From: Flectonema sp. DT1601
Lineage: Eukaryota
Assembly: GCA_964019425.1 (NCBI GenBank)
Contig: OZ025791.1
Coordinates: 1,054,001-1,118,000, forward strand
DNA length: 64,000 nt
Direction of reading: 5' to 3'
The stretch's first letter is position 1. Each line of letters opens with the position of its first letter. Positions 11,601 to 19,828 of this stretch are shown piece after piece. The position numbers and the translations under genes were made by a program. Under the pieces are notes generated by a model that had not been told where the DNA came from, searched no databases, and saw only the letters and a program-made list of their open reading frames with translations.

Positions 11601-12126
11601 ATGGAGTTTTTTGTGGTGGCTTATACGGAGGTCTAAGTTGAAGTCTCTGTTTACCTGTTTCTCCATTATACGAAGAAGAAAAAATAGCTCTCTGGCATAT
11701 TGACGTGGCATCGATCCAGAGTGTTGGTCGGTGTAGTTTGCGTATGAATTTATCAACAAATATGCTGGAACATATTTTCATAGAGTCTGTTGAGTTTGTT
11801 TGTAGAATTGCGGCAAGAGCTGATTTGACGTTACCCAATTCAGTTTGCTGTTCAGATTTCGACAGCTGTCGATTGCTCCCTGGACACTCCCAGTCCCAAA
11901 ATTTAATGTCGCTGCTCAAAGTTCTCATCTGCTGTTCTAAAAATGATAATCTGGACATCGTTGCGTATGGGTACGATCTATTTAACCATTCGACAATCAA
12001 CAATTTTACTAACTTAACACCCAAGAATTTGAGTCCTGCCCGCTTGCTTCCATCTAAATAAAGCATCTTCGCCTCATCAGGTACATCGTAATTTTCATAA
12101 AACGCATCGATCGGAAGTTTTTCCAT
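5662..12126 (-). CDS. Dicer-like RNase III family protein (degenerate N-terminal RNase III-like domain, intact RNase III domain, long disordered tail)
   Basis: 2154-aa ORF. RNase III signature ERQELVGDAVLDL (~10250-10285) and SDVIESLFGALFL (~10020-10060). N-terminal AGLKFLGVKLVKLLIVEWLNRSYP...LSFL resembles a degenerate RNase III signature. Confidence 0.75.
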   Translation of the reverse strand: MEKLPIDAFYENYDVPDEAKMLYLDGSKRAGLKFLGVKLVKLLIVEWLNRSYPYATMSRLSFLEQQMRTLSSDIKFWDWECPGSNRQLSKSEQQTELGNVKSALAAILQTNSTDSMKICSSIFVDKFIRKLHRPTLWIDATSICQRAIFSSSYNGETGKQRLQLRPPYKPPQKTPLSSPNKKKRFENAIEAENALHSTVFLSIFNEEFSDSFVLENNSTVVSLHDDKVVASGEGLLDTLGKFLHNHSEKQFNLIEDKPIQQEKIDIRGIWKKIMKFLRSKVPSCDPVDILEIEKEVPDWKELLPYDAVDKSLASTLKSMDPFSTIDIDIINNTARAKFFHKNWNDDLVNNNEFYENISNDTTDIPTQLYASWKSAWTTDAESYRLFQLHTEAAMTRQLKHVKYCLEHHIPVDASTNYVVFSTQELLKTLKLRRYTCDSKTDGVYLIVMRKGTKIPKPPENSSDHLLQEFQQIRRERNNMNDVFFFVKFDIRMWKHTKRTPNTSLLLSVNNLPRVYDHQVVQFCNLLHLQCTFIDDKKPSLDSFINAECDIKHNTTTTELCQSGRLLFIKSNGEACRWFKENLFGELHHPLLQNILLLERTFTCEGIEASQLLNYERQELVGDAVLDLTTAFDICSSFSDRNSEEYNDWHKSATSNSYLKQIFDNIISQDDCSRLSTTLSADNCNEKKHSDVIESLFGALFLSTSIEATHTSIRKLHRSSYCNNLPLPKVISSKKEVDEIFDNSQLASNSFEKPHSPTGMLSYSSNSCPDKIINPHEYFKKISLDCLLQHSSQQIPVRNRPRYSRPFLLTSTLGEDEVKEDTHFNNDCIGLHETLSADLTERSAAMEQIVTADCDQVLNNISVNQFVDEDVILQQSTISQFTTVCSPALLSDEHNEVNYSTPTLCPTTCTRLIAADLSVSISPTGNRVVQLLSEGDGNINKLPSEASLLFQRAEVSSQLEEKPAALTQPLISRNHSNEVHSSQSAEVAGDLVKQAESMHPVGQLEDSKPVVTCSTEVTCALPVNLDVGNEVSDFHYQPAEVIDKPLHQTQSGNQMRIVQLEDSNQCVAQYTQPEELSLCNISRTDEVNCTQTIEGTNSLPYQVPSVSCVPPVVGFQEIVSADLTQFTQPDSLSICSNKLTSHVSNSELPFVDNVPQYHSQLGKDDQLGDLPAASQYEAHCAPKAVGNLVKQAGMFSADSLHPVGQLEDSKPVVTCSTEVTCALPVNLDVGNEVSDFHYQPAEVIDKPLHQTQSGNQMRIDQQEHSNQCVAQYTQPEELSLCNISRTDEVNCTQTIEGTNSLPYQVPSVSCVPPVVGFQEIVSADVTQFTQPDSLSICSNNLTSHVSNSELPFVDNVPQYHSQLGSNVCNDSNHLINVPAVQEVIHQQIVPFPSVATIAPEDEIRQTVSSHSSEVLTQVTQSGDFRDPLPFNVSYPVHDFGSMQRADLPLELIHNKGQPDYLQPQVAQNIINPLPERYDNQKQEFTNSTQQVNNIEMVNPDVNMSSHQEVGQVELNQPTQSIHSLPPQEVFEPNRFSQYVRPEVGIPYTTAITQQYSTQPVFVQPESTQPVLNHDCDFKLKQTECCVNNQSVMQTVNPVTMNVRYSDGMQSLHSQSVDSPQGLSSNDTLGTFDSIPEQDFIKTSSVVELDNIQHTTNPQYDCRYDYSNPSFNNVPLMSEVTQHVKQSCEVLQCAPVGQERSCVLQSEYYPHPDGTQYLQQQHPVTNVDYLQPNSNIVDSTSYEVYEVLRDVEIGTLSGHASLIGETNFQPSGGTSLSGGFDSSLTQSNPVDCIAAVNYIENTNNYHNVSNLPNCLPVTDVNFRQPNNFPDTVQDNQSNVLFRDYSDNSIPTISTPYIPIMREEVSASDTGSNVPEISMTSNSGIVSSPLNQMITSPHVFTHPPAIAQDQYGHSNNYFDNSMPCGDGSIPAPVDQTVGATPHSGMVSTQLPAIVQDQGLSQHSHSNNYSDISISETVPLPVNQTMSGEMVITQTDGTPIYNNNRKEEIPSVIDYNPPSSSGVFPAVDQTMSVTHEAAFPNTVTSLSQCDGQSHSNNYSNEVVPLLGNQMITSPHVFTHPLAIAQHQYGHSNNYFDNSMPCGDGSIPAPVDQTVGATPHSGMVSTHLPAIVQDQGLHQYNSHLSNVGNNFMTNCHEMK
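5731..6465. repeat. Intragenic direct duplication, ~207 bp (5731-5937 and 6259-6465)
   Basis: Near-identical copies at offset 528 nt, encoding NQMITSPHVFTHP...PAIVQDQGL twice. Confidence 0.95.
8038..9135. repeat. Intragenic tandem duplication, ~490 bp with 606-nt period (8038-8529 and 8644-9135)
   Basis: Near-identical copies encoding HPVGQLEDSKPVVTC...VPQYHSQLG twice. Confidence 0.95.
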
Positions 12127-12240
12127 CTTTATTAATTTATTGTCTCATGATAAAGTTTTATTATTTATCTAAGATCCTAATAATTGAATTTAATTTAATT
12201 CAATTTAATTTTCTTTTTTTTTTTTTTTTTTTTTTTTTTG

Positions 12241-12261
12241 TACCGACGTAGTCGGAGAAGA
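12241..12261. repeat. 21-nt hairpin motif next to a poly(T) tract, copy 1
   Basis: TACCGACGTAGTCGGAGAAGA is identical to 48074-48094. It contains a CCGAC/GTCGG stem. Confidence 0.8.
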
Positions 12262-12520
12262 AATTATTCAGATTGAAAAGCCGTTATTTCTTATAGTCAT
12301 CGAACGCGTTCATCATTCCTTCATCTGGTGAAAGACAAAAAATGATGCTACCCACTTACGAAAGTAATAAATATCATAAATGAGTTGTATGTAATCTAAC
12401 AGATCTATATGTCGGTAGTCTTCTGTAGAGTGTTGACTACTCTGAGAGACGTGCTAACAGAAAGGAGGGGAGGGAATAATCTAAATTTTTAAAAAAATAA
12501 TAATAAAGTAGAAACTAAAC

Positions 12521-15500
12521 TCATGGCATGTTTACAACAAGAATTGAATTGTCTTCCTTCTGAGTCCGCTCTCGTTGTCGTTGAAACGCTTCCTCTAAAC
12601 AAGCTTCAGGTGTTGTTCTGCTTTGAAGCCTAGTTATATTAGATTGTGGTAGTCTTAACGATTGCTGTGACTCAAACTCATCAACAATCTGTCTATCAGA
12701 TGAACTTGGAAGAGTTGTTATAGTGACCGGGTGATGATGAGAAGCAGCACGTCTGGCAGAAGAAACCTTTTCTTTAACCAAGTGATTCATAGCCATGCTA
12801 TTAACTGAGAGAGGTGACAGTGGTTTAATTCCAGGCAGAGACCGTTTGTCTATTGCTGAACGGGAAGGGGCGACATCACAAGCAACTAATTCTACTCTTG
12901 AAGCCTCTTCAACAAAAATAGTATCACCAGGTAGTCGATTACTTCTCATTACAACATGAGCCTGAGTGTCTTTAAATGGGCTCTCTGTGAAATCATTAAC
13001 GTCAGCAGGAGAGTGATGTTCATATTTACTTAATGAGTCTCGTGTCGGAGTGAACCTGTTCTCAACAGCATTTATTGTAGAAACTAAATGAGCATCACAA
13101 GGAATTGGTGATACAGTAGGTTCTTGAAGTAAATATTGTGATGCTGACGGTTGTTCTAACGGCTGTGGAGGTCTCTCAGGAGAATGTCTGGAGACAAATC
13201 GTCTTGGAGAATTAGTTTGCGGGCTATACATAGACACTGGTGGGTGACCCATCTCTATTTCATTATTAGATTGTTTTGGAAAGATAAGATCATTATCTTG
13301 TTGAACTAACCTACCAGTTTGTGGACTGTACATCGGCATTGATAGTTGCTCGTTCCGTTCTGGTGAAATCAGCTCGCTACCTTGTTGCATCATCCTCACT
13401 GTTTGTGGACTGTACATTGGAACTGGTGGTGGCATACCTACTCCCATTCTTCCGTGATATTGGTCTGGTGAAGCTAGCTCACTACCACGCATCATACTTG
13501 TCTTCGGACTGTATACCAATTCACTTTTGTCGTATGCCGGAGAGACTAATTCGACATTCCTTTTTATTTTTCTGCCGGTTTCCGGACTGTACTCCGGAAA
13601 CTTTCGACTTTTGTTAAACTTCTTCCCCACTTCCATGTCAAGTGGTATTTGGTGCATTTCATTGTAGCCGTATTGCGGAGACGGTAGTTCGTTATGCTCA
13701 ATCCTTCTACCAGTTTGTGGACTGTACTCGGGGAACTTCTGCCGAACTTCCTGACCTGCTGTCTGGTGTGATTCAGGAGAAGGTTGTGCAGGGATACATT
13801 GTCGTGGGATAAGTTCAGCTGGTGTTAAGATGAGAGGGTCAACTACTGCTGGTGTTAAGATGAGAGGGTCAACTACTGCTGGGGTTAAGATATTACTAAC
13901 GAGAGGGTCAACTACTGCTGGGGTTAAGTGAGGAACAGCAGGTGATATATCATATCCACCATGTGGTGGCATTCCTTCATATTGTGTAACTGGAATAATA
14001 TCCTCACCAATCCTTACTAGAGTTGGGCTGAGTTCTCTCTTATGCCAATCTTCACGTAGAGGACTTACAGCTCTCTGATGATTTGGTGAAATAATATCCT
14101 CACTCATGACAGGTTGAGATACAGTGTTGTAGTGATCAATTATATTAACGTCATCGAAGTTTGGACTTCTGGCCGTCCACTTTGCAGCGGGCACGGCAAC
14201 CGAAGAAGGAGAGTACAGACCTGGTGTCGGTGATACTAACTCTGGTGATAGTTCATTCTTCATAAAGTTAGCGTAGTGACTTGGGATTCCCTCAGATGCT
14301 AAACTTTGAAATATAAAACTTTCCTGAACTGGTGACCTGGGAGAGGTGACCATCACAGGCGGAACACGTCTCTCGGGTGACAGTCTGGGAGATGATGTCC
14401 CCATCACAATATCGTCATCATTAGTTTGTCGTTCGGGTGATCGTTTCGAATTTTCTGTATTTTTATAATAAGCATTCAGAGTATCAACAGATGTGTCGAT
14501 TCTATTTGGTGATATCTTCTCTGGTGAATGACTCATACGCTGAGATCGAACTGGAGAAAACGCACTTTTCGAATCCGAATCCTTACCTTCCGGAGATCCA
14601 CCAACAAGACTGGACATACTCGTCTCAAAAAGTTGTTTAGGAGGTAAGTTACCTTTTACATCCTGTTTACGAGGAGACGGTGCATGTTGAAGTAATTTCG
14701 GTGGAGATGAAGAATCAATTTGAGCTACTTTTTGCATGAATGATGGTAAGTTTGATTCAGCCCTTTTAAGTCTTAACAACACATCATTTACTGCTGCTGG
14801 ATTCTCTTCTACAGAATGATTTAATCTCGGAGTTGCTTTAGAGATGTTCATTGTGGCTGAGGATTCGTCGCAATCGATTTCTATGATTTCAGTTTTTGAA
14901 AGATTCTGTGATTGCATTGTTGATGTTGGGAGTTTATTTGTAACAATACCCCAACTGGGTCTGCTGATCAATTCACTTGACAAGTCTGATGGTGACATTA
15001 GAACTCTGTTTTCATGTTTCCAAGAACCCCTCCTTTCACCTTCTTTCTTACTCAAACACTTACTGCTATCTGACATTCTCAGAGACGGAGTGGATACATT
15101 CAGTAGTGAGTCTTGTGTGTCATGGCGGCTATCAATATTTAAGTTACGTTGATTCCCATAAACTGAAATCAGTTGGTTTGATTTCTGTTGATTAATCATC
15201 TGACCTGAATGTGTTACTGAGTTTATTACTTTATCAGATGGGCTGATTATTTCAGACAAAGCAGAGCTGTGCCCAGTAGTGTTGGCACATATTTCAATAG
15301 GTCTGTTGTGTAATTTGTTTATTGAAGTCCCGCGATACTCAGATAGAACTGGTAGAGTTGAAGTAATTGTACTCCGTTTCGGTGATATCGGCATAGCTGG
15401 TGATCTCACAGCAGGTATTGAGACTCTCTCTCTTGCTAGTGATACAGCTCTCTCAGGTGATCTTATTCTCTGATGATGCTCTTCAATATCAACAACAACA

Positions 15501-16093
15501 GGAGGTAGTGGTGACTTTCTCAGTTTCATCGATACCGTTGTCGGAGGCGTACCTGGACGAACAGTTTGCTGAGGCCGTGTTAGAGCTCTCACTTCCCTAG
15601 TAGCAACTTGATGTGATTCTCTTACAACATGATCTGTATAGACTTCACTAAACGATACATTCTGATGAAGAATTGGTGGCGTTGCTGCAACCGGAGGCAT
15701 TGGCGAAACAGCTTTTAACACTGGTGGCTGATTTATCTCTCCAGTTCGAACCTCAGTGAAAATTCCCTTCGGCGGCAAGGTACGCGGCGGTGTAACTCCA
15801 AAATCTCTTTTCACAGAACCCGTGCGGATTTTCAATGAGTGCACTGCCATCAGTAGTTCTCGTTTTGCAGAACCATCCATGAGCAATCCATTTGTTTGTA
15901 ATTCAAGTAAAGTTGGTCCTTTTATCTTCGATTCTCGAAGTAGTTTACGCGTCTTCTTCCGTAGGCCGGTGTCTTTAGCCCATTCACTTACATCAGTGGT
16001 GGTCCATTCATCGACAGGTCTCGATTCGTATTCCCGTCTCGGTGGTGTTGTTGGAGGGGAAGTCGTAACACACCTGAGACAGTTCCATCGCAT
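12521..16093 (-). CDS. SAM-domain protein with long Ser/Pro-rich disordered region
   Basis: N-terminal VDEWTTTDVSEWAKDTGL...ESKIKGPTLLEL...KRELLMAVHSL fits a SAM domain. Contains LTPAVVDPL and YSPxT repeats. Confidence 0.8.
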   Translation of the reverse strand: MRWNCLRCVTTSPPTTPPRREYESRPVDEWTTTDVSEWAKDTGLRKKTRKLLRESKIKGPTLLELQTNGLLMDGSAKRELLMAVHSLKIRTGSVKRDFGVTPPRTLPPKGIFTEVRTGEINQPPVLKAVSPMPPVAATPPILHQNVSFSEVYTDHVVRESHQVATREVRALTRPQQTVRPGTPPTTVSMKLRKSPLPPVVVDIEEHHQRIRSPERAVSLARERVSIPAVRSPAMPISPKRSTITSTLPVLSEYRGTSINKLHNRPIEICANTTGHSSALSEIISPSDKVINSVTHSGQMINQQKSNQLISVYGNQRNLNIDSRHDTQDSLLNVSTPSLRMSDSSKCLSKKEGERRGSWKHENRVLMSPSDLSSELISRPSWGIVTNKLPTSTMQSQNLSKTEIIEIDCDESSATMNISKATPRLNHSVEENPAAVNDVLLRLKRAESNLPSFMQKVAQIDSSSPPKLLQHAPSPRKQDVKGNLPPKQLFETSMSSLVGGSPEGKDSDSKSAFSPVRSQRMSHSPEKISPNRIDTSVDTLNAYYKNTENSKRSPERQTNDDDIVMGTSSPRLSPERRVPPVMVTSPRSPVQESFIFQSLASEGIPSHYANFMKNELSPELVSPTPGLYSPSSVAVPAAKWTARSPNFDDVNIIDHYNTVSQPVMSEDIISPNHQRAVSPLREDWHKRELSPTLVRIGEDIIPVTQYEGMPPHGGYDISPAVPHLTPAVVDPLVSNILTPAVVDPLILTPAVVDPLILTPAELIPRQCIPAQPSPESHQTAGQEVRQKFPEYSPQTGRRIEHNELPSPQYGYNEMHQIPLDMEVGKKFNKSRKFPEYSPETGRKIKRNVELVSPAYDKSELVYSPKTSMMRGSELASPDQYHGRMGVGMPPPVPMYSPQTVRMMQQGSELISPERNEQLSMPMYSPQTGRLVQQDNDLIFPKQSNNEIEMGHPPVSMYSPQTNSPRRFVSRHSPERPPQPLEQPSASQYLLQEPTVSPIPCDAHLVSTINAVENRFTPTRDSLSKYEHHSPADVNDFTESPFKDTQAHVVMRSNRLPGDTIFVEEASRVELVACDVAPSRSAIDKRSLPGIKPLSPLSVNSMAMNHLVKEKVSSARRAASHHHPVTITTLPSSSDRQIVDEFESQQSLRLPQSNITRLQSRTTPEACLEEAFQRQRERTQKEDNSILVVNMP

Positions 16094-16676
16094 TTGAGGA
16101 ACTCACATTCGTACCTGAGAGGGGAAATGATTATAATTAAGAATTCACTTTCTGTCTCATCTTTTATCACAGAACGAAGAGATCGAGAACAGTACGCGTA
16201 CTCATGTTTATGTTATACTTGTTGTTATATGAAAGGTTGGTTGTTATTCCGTACAAAAAATGAACAGTTGGAACACAAGTACAGGTGGCACCCAGTAGGC
16301 GCTCTATTTTTTTTTTTTTTTTTTTTCCCAATCAATATTCATTTCATCACATAAATACAAAATTCAAGTAGAGACAGATTTGTGCAACAAGCGGCAGGTG
16401 CTTACTGTGGGGAAAGATCCTCCGTTAGTTTTTTTATTTTTTTCGTTTTTTATCCCTCAGTTCACTTTTAGTCATTCACCTCGTTTAACATCAGAGATAA
16501 CAAAAACAATACAGGAGAGTGAAGTCGTATAAAGGGACAAAAACTAATAAATCGACAAGAACATAATAAAGCAACAGTAAGATACTACAATATGATATCT
16601 TGCTTAAGTATCTAATCGTAGACAACATCCACTTATAGTGATTAGAATCAATGGATGATGTGATTAAGAAGACTCC

Positions 16677-19106
16677 TCACGTTGCAGTCATTGATGCGAA
16701 TTGATTTTCCCAAGCTTGGCATCGTTCTCTGGAGGAATCTAATTGTCGTTGTGTTTCATGAAGAGAAGCAATTGTTGATTTTAGATTTTCTTCAGCAGTC
16801 TCTCGACCAAGCATTTCAGAAGCAGCTTGATGAGAAGTATTCTGAAGTGTTGTTGTTAGTGATTCAACTTGAGCTTCAGAATGATTCATAGTATCTTGAA
16901 CACGTAAACGAGTCTGTTCTGATTGATCCAATAGAAGTTTTAACTGATGTGACCTCTGCCTCTCACGAGATAATTCCTCACGTAAATGATCTCTCTGTTG
17001 TCTGATATCAATTAGCGCTGATGCAGACGCTGCTAAATCTTGCACTGTGTGAGTCAGTTCATCTGGAGTACCTCCAGACTCTATTTGGTGAGTTACTAAG
17101 TTTTCTCTAATCTTCTGTGTGTCAGCTTTTAATGATTCGTTCTCAAAAACAAGTGATCGAACCTTTGCTTGCCAAAAGTCAATCTTCGTAGCTTCTTCCT
17201 TCAGGCTTTCAAGCTCTTTAATAGCTGAAGCATACAGCTGTTCTGTTTCGCGTAGTTTTTGAGAATCGTAGTTGCCTTGAATTGCTTGTGATCTAAGTTT
17301 TGATACCTCCTCGTGGTAAGAGATGTTGTCTGCTGAGACAACTTGTTTCCTAAGCTGAGACAGTTCTTGCTGTTGCTGTTCAATAAGTGATGTTTGGATT
17401 TTAACTTTCTCCTCCAACTCAGTTGGTGTCTGAACAGGTACTTGTTCGGTTATAACATTTTCTTTGATGACAGCAGGTGGTAGAGAAACTGTTTTGTTTC
17501 GCATCAAGCTTACGTTGTGTCGACAGATTACACCATTTTGTAATATAAGTGTTTCAGTTGCGTATATTCCTGGAGACACCCAATTGATGAGAAATAAATT
17601 ATCATCTCCACTAGTGTGAGTCACAGCCAGTCCCTTTCCCTCACCAAAACCAGGAACTTCCTTTGCTAAGTCAGATAAGAAGTCTTTCGCACCAGCGACG
17701 TCTTTGTAGGTGAGAAGTTCTTGGTCAGTTCTTGAAAGGTTTATTGAAGCATTTTGGTAAAGCTGAGCTATTTCAATCGCATCAGTTAGTCGAGCGTGAA
17801 GTAGTTTATTCCAAATTTCCTTTACGAGTTGATTTGATGGTTCTGTAGCACCAACAGGTACAGGAGAAGTTAATCTTTGTAAGTCCATTATAGCTGATTG
17901 CATTCTTAAAGCAATTGGTTCTACCACTACAGGTGACTTCGCTCCTAATCTCGACATGTCATCTAACGCTCTCTGAGGAGATTGTGTTTCAGCATCACGA
18001 TAACCAACAGCAACTGGTTGTGGTGAATGAGTGAAAGCTGGTACTTGATTTGGAACTTGATTTCCTCGTAATGGAAACATCTGTTCTTGAACTCTACCTG
18101 TTTGAGGAACGCTGCTCAAGTTTGATTCATTTGTTTGAACATTTGGCGTGGCTGCTGACAACATCGAAACATGAACAGGTGCCTGCTGAGACATCATCGC
18201 CTGCTGGTCATCAAGCATTTGAGTGAGATTTGATAATTGTGATTCCAAGTAGCCGGCTTTTCGAGAAAACGCATTTCGCTCCGATACGCACTGAGTTAGA
18301 ACCTTTTCTCTCTCATCAAGTCGACTTTGTAAGGCGGATATTGCAGCTCGAGCATCCTGAGAAGCTTCTGGTGGGAGAGATGTAGCTGCCGCTGCAGTTG
18401 CTCCTTCCAATTCACTACAGGCCTCGACATATAATTGAGCTCCTCTATTTATAGCAGCCTCCAGACGAGATACTTCCATCGCTAGAGTTGCGGAATGTTT
18501 TCTTTCCAAATCCAATTCACTTGTAACTCGAGAAACATGTTCTTCAAGTCGAGTATTGCTGGCGACAGCACCTTCTAATGAACCTCTTGCGAATTCAACT
18601 TGTCCTTCCATTTTTAAGATAATATCATCCTTGGATCCACTAATCCCTTCCAAGTCTCGAAGACGACCTCTGAAAGCTTCGGCTTCTGAGAGGAGGGATG
18701 CTTCGCGTTGCTTTAGTCGTGATTCCATGTTTTGGACTTCTGATTTTATCTCATCTTTTATACTTACTAAAGCTCCATCTTTGTCACTCAGCTTTTCGTG
18801 ATATTCCTTACCCAGATTTTCATATTGTTGGAGGAGGTACTCTTGTCCATCACGAAGAGCAGTCAGTTCCTTATCCTGTTGTTCGCATCGTACTCGTAGT
18901 TCATCATTTCGTGTTTTTAAGGCATCGGCTTTTACTCGTTCTTCTGCTAAGCCTAAATTCATCTTCACATCGTTATTCCTCGCTGTTTCTAGTTGGAGTT
19001 TTACAGCCAGCTGTTTTCGCAGTAACTCTGCTCCGCCAGCAGCCCAGGTGCCAACAGGGTCAGTCATTCTATCAGGTGGCTCACCCCAACGGTAGGGTGA
19101 GGCCAT
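16677..19106 (-). CDS. Long coiled-coil protein with central NTF2/SnoaL-like domain
   Basis: 809-aa ORF. Heptad-rich E/Q/L/K segments flank LVKEIWNKLL...AQLYQNASI...LFLINW...ATETLILQNGVICRH. Confidence 0.7.
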   Translation of the reverse strand: MASPYRWGEPPDRMTDPVGTWAAGGAELLRKQLAVKLQLETARNNDVKMNLGLAEERVKADALKTRNDELRVRCEQQDKELTALRDGQEYLLQQYENLGKEYHEKLSDKDGALVSIKDEIKSEVQNMESRLKQREASLLSEAEAFRGRLRDLEGISGSKDDIILKMEGQVEFARGSLEGAVASNTRLEEHVSRVTSELDLERKHSATLAMEVSRLEAAINRGAQLYVEACSELEGATAAAATSLPPEASQDARAAISALQSRLDEREKVLTQCVSERNAFSRKAGYLESQLSNLTQMLDDQQAMMSQQAPVHVSMLSAATPNVQTNESNLSSVPQTGRVQEQMFPLRGNQVPNQVPAFTHSPQPVAVGYRDAETQSPQRALDDMSRLGAKSPVVVEPIALRMQSAIMDLQRLTSPVPVGATEPSNQLVKEIWNKLLHARLTDAIEIAQLYQNASINLSRTDQELLTYKDVAGAKDFLSDLAKEVPGFGEGKGLAVTHTSGDDNLFLINWVSPGIYATETLILQNGVICRHNVSLMRNKTVSLPPAVIKENVITEQVPVQTPTELEEKVKIQTSLIEQQQQELSQLRKQVVSADNISYHEEVSKLRSQAIQGNYDSQKLRETEQLYASAIKELESLKEEATKIDFWQAKVRSLVFENESLKADTQKIRENLVTHQIESGGTPDELTHTVQDLAASASALIDIRQQRDHLREELSRERQRSHQLKLLLDQSEQTRLRVQDTMNHSEAQVESLTTTLQNTSHQAASEMLGRETAEENLKSTIASLHETQRQLDSSRERCQAWENQFASMTAT

Positions 19107-19828
19107 CGGCTTAGAGTGCTTCGCACCTGTTGTGAATGAGTAAATAAAATAAATCCCAAAAGTAACACTAAACTGTTTACCATATCAAAGCCCAGTGAGA
19201 CTGCGTGGCTAGTAACTGCCATGCTCCTCGGAGAATCGGAGCCTTTTTTACATAAGCTTGGAGAGGAACACAAGAAGGGGAAACAAATTATTACGACTGC
19301 ATCTGTGAGAGGCTGCCATTAGTGAAGGATAACAAAAGAGAATCAAAGAAAAAAGGGGAAAATATCGAAAAATTAATTAATTGCCAACAGTAAACGAGAG
19401 AGAACTCCACAACACGATCTCTTTGAGTGCAACTACTTCACATACAATGTGCATAGCGCATCAACACAACAAATATCTTTTCAGCTTTCTCATTAAGGAG
19501 AACAAATTTCAACGAGAAGAAGAGAGGGAGAAGGAATGAGAGTGAAACGAGTACTCCAATAGAGCCCCTGATTGTGAGAATAAAAGAATGCTTTACTTTA
19601 TTGAAACTTCTTAAAAGTGATTACAATCCTTTCAGATAATAAGAAACAGATAAGAAGAGGAGGAAGGATAAGAAAGGAATGCGATACGAATCGATCAAAG
19701 ATAATAATAGAAAAGAAAGGTTTTGCTTGTGTTTTGCTCACTTATAACATATCAGTTAACGTATTTACCGATCGATTGCCGTGGTCATCACGCGAAAAGT
19801 ATATTCAAATTTCTACTTCTACTGTCGA

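Noticed and set aside
12262..12320. Box C (ATGATGA) and box D (CTGA) on the minus strand, suggesting a C/D snoRNA
   Set aside because: The span is only ~50 nt, the terminal stem is weak, and no rRNA-complementary guide is recognisable.
13819..13927. 30-nt direct repeats resembling a CRISPR array
   Set aside because: No unique spacers; these are in-frame coding repeats in a eukaryotic gene, with no cas genes.
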